Source: an uncultured virus (IMG/VR IMGVR_UViG_3300048589_001558)
Lineage: Duplodnaviria > Heunggongvirae > Uroviricota > Caudoviricetes
IMG/VR virus record: IMGVR_UViG_3300048589_001558
Direction: 5' to 3' (one strand)
DNA length: 64,000 nucleotides
The notes beneath the pieces are model-generated. The model worked only from the letters and a program-made list of their open reading frames with translations. It searched no databases and was not told the origin of the DNA. Shown here piece after piece: positions 37,295 to 44,576 of this stretch (positions are counted from its first letter, which is position 1; the number at the start of each line of letters is the position of its first letter). The position numbers and the translations under genes are program-made.

Positions 37295-38205
37295 GCCAGA
37301 AACCCTCCGATGCTATCGAGGATCGCCTGCGCCTCGGTCGCCACGTTCCGGCGCACCTCGGCATCGTCACGCAGGACAGAAGCATCGAAGCGGGCCAGCT
37401 CGTAGAGGCGGTCGCCAAGGGCGCGCAGGCCGGGATCGCCGGTGATGTTGAGCGCCGGCAGCACGTCGATCAGGTCGCGGATGTTCTCGACCAGGCTGTC
37501 GCGGAAGATGCCCTCGGCGCGGTCGCCCTTGCGCTTGGCCGGCTTGTATGCTCCCAGCCGCTCGACCATGTGCCCGACCTTGTCGGCGATGCGTTCATAG
37601 ACATCGCGCACGGCCGCCGCGGTTGCGTCGGTCACCGTCGTCTCGATCTCGGAACGGATGCGCGCCACCTGTGCGTCGCTCATCTCCACCCGGAAGTCGG
37701 CGGCGGTCGGCACCGGCAGCACCTTCACCTCCATGGAGAACTTGCCGCGCAGGTCGTCGACCGAGGGGTAGTCGGTGTGGTCGAACATCGAGCCGAGCCG
37801 GGCGCTCGCGGCCTGCACGTGGTTCGGATAGCCGCGCAGGAAGTCGGACACGGCCGCCTGAAACTTGGCCTCCTGCCCTCGCATCCATGCAGCATGTGCC
37901 ATGAAGGCGTCGGCCGCCATGATCCGGCCGCCGGCGTCCATCCACGGGAGCGTACGCTTGCGGAACTCGGCGCCGGTCTCGTTGGCGATCTTCTGGATCG
38001 GTTCGAGCGCTTCCTTGCGCACCAGCAGCTTGTTGAAGTTGCCGGCGTCGTCGGACGCGCCGTGCTGCGCCTTTACCTGCCGGGTGACGGCGCGGTCGAC
38101 GCGCCGGCCTTCCCATTGCGAGATCTTCAACGCCACGATCAGCGCGCGGGCGGCGAGCGCCCCGGAGGATGGCGAAGTCGTGGAGATCGGGGTCATCATG
38201 TTCAT
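37291..38205 (-). CDS. DUF3150-like helical phage protein
   Basis: ISQWEGRRVD, NKLL, TLPW, MFD..DYPS...KF, FRDSLVEN, LNITGD; typical neighbour of MoxR/vWA. Confidence 0.7.
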   Translation of the reverse strand: MNMMTPISTTSPSSGALAARALIVALKISQWEGRRVDRAVTRQVKAQHGASDDAGNFNKLLVRKEALEPIQKIANETGAEFRKRTLPWMDAGGRIMAADAFMAHAAWMRGQEAKFQAAVSDFLRGYPNHVQAASARLGSMFDHTDYPSVDDLRGKFSMEVKVLPVPTAADFRVEMSDAQVARIRSEIETTVTDATAAAVRDVYERIADKVGHMVERLGAYKPAKRKGDRAEGIFRDSLVENIRDLIDVLPALNITGDPGLRALGDRLYELARFDASVLRDDAEVRRNVATEAQAILDSIGGFLA

Positions 38206-38239
38206 GTCGGACTCCTGAGGTGCATGATTGCGGGCGTGG

Positions 38240-38284
38240 GAACAGGAACGGAACAGGAATGAGATATTCCTATCGCTTAGTCAA
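38240..38284 (-). promoter_or_regulatory. Internal promoter with CI-type operator and LexA box
   Basis: TTGACT (38279-38284, minus), operator GAGATATTCCTATCGC (38261-38276), GAAC-N7-GAAC (38240-38254). Confidence 0.7.
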
Positions 38285-38321
38285 GATATTTGGGACCCTC
38301 TTGGCGATATGAAAAGCGCTG

Positions 38322-38492
38322 CTAGGCGCACCAGTCGCCCTTGCTGCGTTCGGGCAGCACGATGAAAAGGGAAAGCGGGCCGAAGCCTGCGCCCCACACA
38401 TAGGTCGACAGGCGTTCGAAGAAGAAGCGCGGGCGCAAGCCAAAGGTGACGTCGACATGCGCGTCGACGCCAAGACGGATTCGCATTCTCAT
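38322..38492 (-). CDS. Small protein (56 aa, MRMRIRLGVDAHVD...), absent from ORF track
   Basis: Read manually; AGGAGA SD. Confidence 0.5.
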   Translation of the reverse strand: MRMRIRLGVDAHVDVTFGLRPRFFFERLSTYVWGAGFGPLSLFIVLPERSKGDWCA

Positions 38493-38501
38493 GATGATCT
38501 C

Positions 38502-38591
38502 CTATGGAGGCGGGACTTCCGGTTCGTCGGCCGGGATGGCGGCGGCCAGGGCGACCGCCGCGATGGAGATAAATAAAGCCCTCCGGGTCAT
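38502..38591 (-). CDS. 29-aa hydrophobic peptide (MTRRALFISIAAVALAAAIP...)
   Basis: ATGA-coupled; exactly fills the gap. Confidence 0.35.
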   Translation of the reverse strand: MTRRALFISIAAVALAAAIPADEPEVPPP

Positions 38592-38764
38592 ACCATCTGG
38601 CCCGGATCCGGTGGTGGAGCCGCCTCGTTCAGCAGGATCACGCAGGCGACCGGATCGACGCGGCACAGATCGAGCAGCGTGCGCGGCTGCATCGCGGCGT
38701 GCGCAAGCATCACGGACAGCCCCAGCAGGGCGGAAATGACGAGAGCGGAGACGATGTTGCTCAT
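38588..38764 (-). CDS. Small membrane/secreted protein
   Basis: GAGGAGG SD; hydrophobic N-terminus MSNIVSALVISALLG. Confidence 0.55.
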   Translation of the reverse strand: MSNIVSALVISALLGLSVMLAHAAMQPRTLLDLCRVDPVACVILLNEAAPPPDPGQMV

Positions 38765-39057
38765 GCCGCCCTCCTCATTTCGACTATCTCGCACTCGCGG
38801 AAGAAGCGTTCGAGGGCGAGCAGGTCCTGCACATCGGCGTCGTCGTCGCCATGCCCGCACTGGCTGGCGTGGCTTTTCGCGATGACGAGGCATTGCACCG
38901 TGTGCTGGAGGCACCATGCGCGGTGCGCCTCGTCGATCGGGCGGGCGTCGCCTGCCGGGAACGTGTAGAACACGCGGCCGGGGTCGGCGTCGTTCATGTA
39001 GCTGCCCCATTGCGAGGCGATGGCATAGGCGGCAGCGGGGGTGAGACGGTCAGCCAT
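38761..39057 (-). CDS. Hypothetical protein
   Basis: Start MADRLT; IASQWGSYMNDADPG. Confidence 0.6.
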   Translation of the reverse strand: MADRLTPAAAYAIASQWGSYMNDADPGRVFYTFPAGDARPIDEAHRAWCLQHTVQCLVIAKSHASQCGHGDDDADVQDLLALERFFRECEIVEMRRAA

Positions 39058-39268
39058 TGCACACCAGCCCGTCGGCGCGGGCGCCGAGCACGATGTCCTC
39101 GAGGCACCGGTGCTCCACGGCGAGCGGGAGCCGGGCGTCCGGGCCGATGTTCTCGATGATCCAGTCATGGCCGCGCTGCGTGATCGGCATGCAGGTGGCG
39201 AAGGCACCGAGATTGGCGAAGCGCAGGTCGGGGCAGCGCTTGGGAAACGGGATGATCTGGGCGCTCAT
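39050..39268 (-). CDS. Small hypothetical protein
   Basis: GGAGG SD; coupled. Confidence 0.65.
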   Translation of the reverse strand: MSAQIIPFPKRCPDLRFANLGAFATCMPITQRGHDWIIENIGPDARLPLAVEHRCLEDIVLGARADGLVCNG

Positions 39269-39459
39269 GACCGCACCTCCACGCGGCCGGCGCGACCGGC
39301 GAGCAGGCGGGCGGTGGTGACGGCACCGGAGCGGCGCGGATAGCTGGACAGGAAGTTGGTCCCGTCTGCGGTGCGGACGGACAACTGCCAGGGGTTGCGG
39401 GATGGGCGCTCGGCGCGCGAGACGACGTAGGTGTACGCCGCCACTGGTGGACGTTGCAT
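39265..39459 (-). CDS. Small hypothetical protein
   Basis: AGGAGA SD; preceded by two motif copies. Confidence 0.65.
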   Translation of the reverse strand: MQRPPVAAYTYVVSRAERPSRNPWQLSVRTADGTNFLSSYPRRSGAVTTARLLAGRAGRVEVRS

Positions 39460-39696
39460 GATTGCGGTTCTCCTGTTGCCATGATTGGCGGGTGTCGGCC
39501 GTGCGGCCGGATCAGCGCGCTATGCGGGCGCTGGTCGAGCGGCACGGGAGGTGCGGGCGCGCGGTTTCGTGGGCAGGCGCGCGCCTGCATTGTCCTGCCG
39601 GTGGTTCACATGGCGGGCTCCTTTCGCGGGAGGGTTCGGTCGTGCCTGGGAGGGCAACGGAGCGGGCGCGATGCTGCGCCCGGCGGATTCGTGGTA

Positions 39697-39879
39697 CTAT
39701 TCGCTGGCGAGGTCGATGGGCGCGCCGGTGCACGCCTCGATATTCCAATCGGTCGGCGCGGCGGCGGCTATTTCGCAGGCGCTGGGCCGGGTAAGGCAGT
39801 CCTCGACGGCGGCATAAAGCCAGCCGGCAAGGAACCAGATGGCGCAGAAGGCGAGCGTCTGGACGGTTTCGCGGGTCAT
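39697..39879 (-). CDS. Small single-TM protein
   Basis: GGAGG SD; TLAFCAIWFLAGWLYAAV. Confidence 0.55.
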   Translation of the reverse strand: MTRETVQTLAFCAIWFLAGWLYAAVEDCLTRPSACEIAAAAPTDWNIEACTGAPIDLASE

Positions 39880-40076
39880 AGCGGCGCCTCCGGCCGGGTG
39901 CGGATCACGACATAGTCGGAGCCGGGGACGGCGGTGATGGTTGTCGGGGTCGCCTCGCGGCTGGCGCGGGGACGGCGTTGCGGGTGCTCGCGGCGCACGA
40001 TGCAGATGGAGATTGCGAGGCGGCCGATGCGCACGAAGCGGATGCCGCCCACCTTGCAGGTGGCGAAGGTCAGCAT
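39876..40076 (-). CDS. Small hypothetical protein
   Basis: MLTFATCKVGGIRFVRIGRLAISICI; coupled. Confidence 0.55.
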   Translation of the reverse strand: MLTFATCKVGGIRFVRIGRLAISICIVRREHPQRRPRASREATPTTITAVPGSDYVVIRTRPEAPL

Positions 40077-40291
40077 GGGCTCGTGTCCATGCGTTGGAGC
40101 AGGGTTTTCGCGATGTGGCGCGCGTGGCGGACGGGACCGCGATCGCCCGGCTTTGGGTCGGGCATATCCGCGATGATCCGAAGGCCAGCGCGCATGTCGG
40201 GCACCAGCGCATCCACGATGGCGGCGAGACCGGCGGCGTTGGCGATGTCGGCGAGCAGGATCTTTTCGCCTGTGCGAAGCGGGCGGATCAC
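40070..40291 (-). CDS. Small hypothetical protein
   Basis: GGAGG SD, GTG start overlapping upstream stop. Confidence 0.5.
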   Translation of the reverse strand: MIRPLRTGEKILLADIANAAGLAAIVDALVPDMRAGLRIIADMPDPKPGDRGPVRHARHIAKTLLQRMDTSPC

Positions 40292-40473
40292 GGGCGCGCC
40301 TCCAGAATGCGCACCCCGGCGAGGCGGCGGCGTTGCGCGTCGGCGGCGGCGACGGCCGCGCGGACTTCCTCGCGGAAGCGGCGCAGCTCGCGGGTGCGCG
40401 GCGTCTCGTAATACGGGTGATGGAATGGCGGCGCGGGGGGCGCCGGTGGCGTCGGGACGGATTCCGGGCGCAT
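40288..40473 (-). CDS. Small hypothetical protein
   Basis: AGGAGA SD preceded by motif copy. Confidence 0.55.
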   Translation of the reverse strand: MRPESVPTPPAPPAPPFHHPYYETPRTRELRRFREEVRAAVAAADAQRRRLAGVRILEARP

Positions 40474-40750
40474 GGGGTTCTCCTGGGTCGCATGATTGCG
40501 GGGGCGAGCAGTTTACCGACGTGCTCAGGTCCGGACGGGCGCTACCGTCATGGCTCCTGCTCGTGGGGTGCCCGGCGCGCGCTGGTGGCGTGGCGCGCGA
40601 CGGCCCGGATTGTTTATTGCTCGCCCGGCGACGAGACCTCACGCGGCTTGGCGGATGGTGGGGCCAGCCCCGGCCGTGAGAATGCCGGCATGGTGCCGCG
40701 GCAGCGTCCGGACCCATTGAGGGCGTCGGCGGGCGCTGGCGTAGGACCAT

Positions 40751-40783
40751 GCGAAAAGGCCCGCCTTGCGGGCGGGCCTTCGC
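40751..40783 (-). terminator. Intrinsic terminator after first gene of leftward operon
   Basis: AAGGCCCGCC-CGCAA-GGCGGGCCTTTT on minus strand. Confidence 0.7.
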
Positions 40784-40807
40784 GGGGATTGCGGGCGGGT
40801 GGCGGGA

Positions 40808-41392
40808 TCAGGCGGCGGCGGCCTCCTGCGTCTCGGCGACCGGGGCCGGCTTGGCGGCGGCCTTCTTCGCCTTGGCGGGCTTTGCGGCCTTGACGAGCGT
40901 CGGCTTGGCGTCGGCCTTGCCCTCGACGATGGCGATCGCGCCCTTGATGGCCTGCATCACGCGCGGATCGACCGTGCCGCCCTTTTCGCGGATGGCTTCG
41001 AGCTGGACCAGGGCGCTGGCGAGCACCTTTTCCTGCGTGTTGACCCGCTCGCCCTTGGCGCCCTTGGCTTCCTTCTGGAAGTCGGCGGGCGAGACGGCCA
41101 TTGCGCCTTCCATGTCGCCGGCCTTGGACTTGGCATAGGCGAACGTCAGCGCCTTGGCGTCGAACGTGACGCGGCCGAAATTGGTGAACCAGTTGACCAG
41201 CATCGAGCGGTAATTGACCGGCACCGCGTCATAGAACTGCTGCACATAGCAAGCGTCATGGTGTTCGTCGACGTGCGCCAGCGCCGAATAGGCAATCTGG
41301 TGCATGAGCGCCGAGAACGTCGCCGCCTTCGCGCCGAAACCGGCAATCGCCTTAGCAATGCCCTTGCCCTTGAGAACGGAAAACTGAGCCAT
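40808..41392 (-). CDS. Ala/Lys-rich phage early protein, first gene of leftward operon
   Basis: GAGAGGG SD; strongly GC3-biased codons; histone-like AKPAKAKKAAAK tail. Confidence 0.75.
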   Translation of the reverse strand: MAQFSVLKGKGIAKAIAGFGAKAATFSALMHQIAYSALAHVDEHHDACYVQQFYDAVPVNYRSMLVNWFTNFGRVTFDAKALTFAYAKSKAGDMEGAMAVSPADFQKEAKGAKGERVNTQEKVLASALVQLEAIREKGGTVDPRVMQAIKGAIAIVEGKADAKPTLVKAAKPAKAKKAAAKPAPVAETQEAAAA

Positions 41393-41427
41393 AATCGAAC
41401 CCTCTCTATTGTGCCATGATTGGCGGG

Positions 41428-41895
41428 ATTGGCCACAAGCGGCCATGTCCGACGCGTCGCAACGCGGCAGGCAAAGCAGCTTGTGAGTGCTGAAAGCCCG
41501 GACGCATGATACAGTCCGGGCTTTCAACGAATTGGTTTGATTGGCCGTTTTTCATATGTGGAATTGACGTTTCATCACGTCGAGAACTTGCAATCTATCG
41601 GACTTGCCACGGTCAAAACCGCAACGTTGCCGGAAACCACAAGGGCGACGCATCGTCGTCAATTCAGGTTTGTTTCGCTTATTCGTCTGGCCCGTCTATC
41701 TCGGTTTCGTGTGCTTGATTTGATCCGCCGTATCCCGGCGGCCGCCACGGCCAATCCGTCTTTCGCGCCGGTTCTTCACCAGACGCGGGCCGCTTCTCTA
41801 TGCTTGGCGAGCGGCCTTTACCGTGTCGGAACCGGTTTCGTTTCCCGGTTCCCGCCACCCGGTTGTCAGCCGGGCTTGAAGTGAATATCCGGCAG
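41428..41895 (-). ncRNA. Putative long structured leader / non-coding RNA
   Basis: No convincing ORF; consecutive hairpins incl. 13-bp perfect stem 41491-41503/41514-41526 and long-range pair 41539-41548/41747-41756. Confidence 0.4.
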
Positions 41896-42578
41896 AAATT
41901 GCCGTTTGAAAACAGGAAAAACGCATATTTCGCCGCTTTTCTCTTATCATCCTGAAATTATTGCCTTTTATTTTGCATCATCCGGCGGATTTTTCCTGAT
42001 GACAGGCCGCAAAACGTCCGGTTTCGCGCCTTGAAACGGCAGAGAAAGCCAAGCGAAATCAGTCGTTTGCGCGAGGTCGGACCCCACCTGTCCCCGAAAA
42101 AGCCGTGGTGGAGGTCAATTCCGAACCAAAACACGATGTGCGGCCATGTCCGCCGATCCACCACAACGCGAGCGGGATTGCCTGTTGCCAGCGGGCAGAC
42201 GTGGCGGGCAACGGCATTGCCTCGCATGGTCGAGGCGCAAGACCGCGTGCCTGGTCCGCATGGTCCGGCCTGCGTGCCTGGCATCGGCCTGCCTCGCGAC
42301 GTGCAGCAGCTCACGCACCGCGAGCATCGCCTCGTCGGCCTGTCTCTCCCGCCTCCCGCATGTCCCCCTCCCCTCGCCGCGAAAGCCGTGGCCTGTCCCG
42401 TGCGCCAATCGATACACGATCAGACAGGCCGACCATGCCCGACGTGCTGCCGCTACCAGCGCTCGCCGTGCGACGTGCTCGTCCATGTGTTCGCCTGCCC
42501 TCGCCCTCGCATGTGTGCGCGTGCCGGCCCGCGCCGGCCATCACGCGTGGTCGCGAGCGCGCGCCCTCCCCCACGTGC

Positions 42579-42624
42579 GGGTCCTTGCGGGCGGGTGCAC
42601 GTGCCGCGGGGGGCGCGCAGCCCG
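42579..42624 (+). other. Putative cos site (cosQ plus cosN)
   Basis: GGGTCCT (identical to lambda cosQ) at 42579-42585, then after ~24 nt CGG-GGGGCGCGCAGC-CCG followed by T-tracts; GpA-type terminase downstream. Confidence 0.6.
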
Positions 42625-42908
42625 ATCTTTTCGAGTTTTTTTCGAAGAAAACTTCGCGTTTTGGGTATGGCGCACACTGGAAGAACGGGAGACGGCGCTC
42701 ATTGTTGAAATTACTTGCGCAAATCGCTTCGAGGATCGCGTTTTCTTGCTCGAATCAGGTGCAGAAAAATGAGTGTTGGGGGGATTTTGGGCGGTGCGCT
42801 TTTGTGCCGAGTTCCGCTCTGCTCGAAAAAAATCTCCAAGATGGAAAACGAAATGTAAACGGCTGCCCAAGCGGGCTGCTCGTCGGCGCTCGTGTGTCGT
42901 TTCAGTTT

Positions 42909-43063
42909 CGGACAAAAGCGGGACAAACGCCGGACAAACCCCGGACATTCGCCTATGGGCTAGACGGTTGCTCATCCTCGTGGCGGCGGCTCTTGGCGAG
43001 CCGCCTCGCGGTCGTCGCGGTGCTCACCGATAGACCGGACAAACCCCGGACAAAACCGGGACG
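42909..43063 (+). repeat. Two clusters of 11-bp-phased direct repeats (C/G)GGACAAA
   Basis: Starts at 42909, 42920, 42931, 42942 and 43036, 43047, 43058. Confidence 0.85.
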
Positions 43064-43311
43064 AGCGCCTCGCGCGCGCGGAGTAGGGTTATAAACCTTA
43101 GGGGATATCGCCAAGATATCCCCCTCCAGATAGGTCCTGCATCTCACCCCGCGAGTGTGACGGATACCCTAATCCGGTCGAAGGGTGGGGCTTGACGGAT
43201 TCGAGTTTTGCGGGCAATCGATGCGGCATACCGGATCACTGCGCCAGCACCGCCGGTCCTCCTTCCACCATCATCGTCACGCCAGCGCGGCACTCTCCGC
43301 GTCGGAGAGCT

Positions 43312-43992
43312 ATGCGTATCGTCGTCAAGAAGCAGAACGTGCACCTCATCCTGACGATGAGGGAGCGGGCTCAGATCTTTGCGAATGGCCGGTGGAAGCG
43401 CGAGGCTTTTCGGGGTCTGGACGCTGCGGGGCGCCGAACGAAGACGCAGGTCCAGCGTGCCGTCCACCATCAGATGGCGACGCTGAAGTACCAATTCGTC
43501 AGCGGGAGTACGCGCGGTGTCGCCAACCAGGGCGCACTGACATACGAAATCTTCGCCCTGAAGGGCGGTCAGCGCATCGAGGAGTACAAGGGTCTTCGCG
43601 CGCTGAAGATTGGCAGGCGGGCTGCCGCGGAGTACAACGCCGGCCGGTCCGACATCGACGCGGGTACCGTCCGGTCGGGCGTGTGGAACCGCCCTCGCGT
43701 ATTCAAGCGTTCCTTCGCGACAGATGAGGGCTATTTCGCTCTCCTACCGGGAAAGCGGAAGAAGGCACCCAAAGTCCTCTGGACGTACGGCCACAAGCCA
43801 GACCAGCCACGCGACGGTCAGGGCCGGTTCGCCGAGAGCAACCGCACCTATGGCCCGATCCGCCGCCTGTTCGGCCCGGCGATCCGCAAGGAGATCCCGA
43901 AGGACCAGTCGCTTGCGACGTTCCAGCGCGTTGCTCCGGTGATGATGGAGCAGAAGATCGTGCCGCGGCTCGAAAAACTCTTGAAGTTCTGA
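43312..43992 (+). CDS. Minor tail protein Z (GPZ)-like basic protein
   Basis: GGAGAG SD; C-terminal PIRRLFGPAIRKEI. Confidence 0.6.
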   Translation: MRIVVKKQNVHLILTMRERAQIFANGRWKREAFRGLDAAGRRTKTQVQRAVHHQMATLKYQFVSGSTRGVANQGALTYEIFALKGGQRIEEYKGLRALKIGRRAAAEYNAGRSDIDAGTVRSGVWNRPRVFKRSFATDEGYFALLPGKRKKAPKVLWTYGHKPDQPRDGQGRFAESNRTYGPIRRLFGPAIRKEIPKDQSLATFQRVAPVMMEQKIVPRLEKLLKF

Positions 43993-44576
43993 TGGCCGAA
44001 CCGAAGAAGCGCGGCCGCCCGCGCAAGGTGCGACCCCTAAAAGTGCCCGGCAAGCCGGGACCGAAGCCAAAGCCCAAGGCTGATGGCAGCATCCCGAAGA
44101 TCGTCACGGCCGGTGTCCTCGCAGAACATCTGGGCCTAACCCCGGAGCGCATCCGGCAATTGGCGAAGCAGGGCGTGCTCGAGCGAAATGCCCGGAGCAC
44201 CTACGAGTGCTCGAAGGCCGTACAGTCCTATGTCGCCTGGCGGATCGCGGCGGCCGAGCGCGCGGGAGAAGGCACCTCAGCGGATGCCTTGCGCGCCCGG
44301 CGTGAGCAGGAGATCGCGCAGCGCATGGCGGTGAGGGACCGCGATCTGATCCGACTGGACGACGCGCTGGAAGAGGTCGACGCGATTGTAGGCGCGCTGC
44401 TCGCGTTCGTCTCCGGCCTGCCGGCGCAGATTACCGGAGACCCACGTGAGCGCCAGCGTATCGAACTCATCATCGACAAGGGTCGGCTACGACTCTCCGA
44501 CCGTTTCGCGAAATCGCGGGAGGCTGTCAGGACGGGCGAGCGTCCTGATGAAGCCGACGATCCGGACGACGCCTGA
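43992..44576 (+). CDS. Terminase small subunit (Nu1-like)
   Basis: wHTH LAEHLGLTPERIRQLAKQG, coiled coil; directly precedes large subunit. Confidence 0.8.
   Translation: MAEPKKRGRPRKVRPLKVPGKPGPKPKPKADGSIPKIVTAGVLAEHLGLTPERIRQLAKQGVLERNARSTYECSKAVQSYVAWRIAAAERAGEGTSADALRARREQEIAQRMAVRDRDLIRLDDALEEVDAIVGALLAFVSGLPAQITGDPRERQRIELIIDKGRLRLSDRFAKSREAVRTGERPDEADDPDDA

Larger units (their letters stand above)
27118..41427 (-). repeat. Dispersed start-associated motif CCCGC(C)AAYCATG, about 10 copies plus one at 14795-14808
   Basis: Copies at 27118-27132, 28902-28915, 31013-31026, 33319-33332 (variant), 37067-37080, 38221-38234, 39455-39467, 39478-39492, 40489-40502, 41413-41427; all same strand, at or just upstream of gene starts. 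Confidence 0.9.

Noticed and set aside
27118..41427. CRISPR array or integron attC array as explanation for the repeated motif
   Set aside because: Repeats are only ~14 nt, spacing is irregular (gene-sized), no cas genes, no attC-type R boxes
41900..43310. ORFs in the cos region (42105-43094, 42031-42708 and others)
   Set aside because: Low-complexity Arg/Pro/Ala translations, no SD, overlap repeats and cos; treated as non-coding
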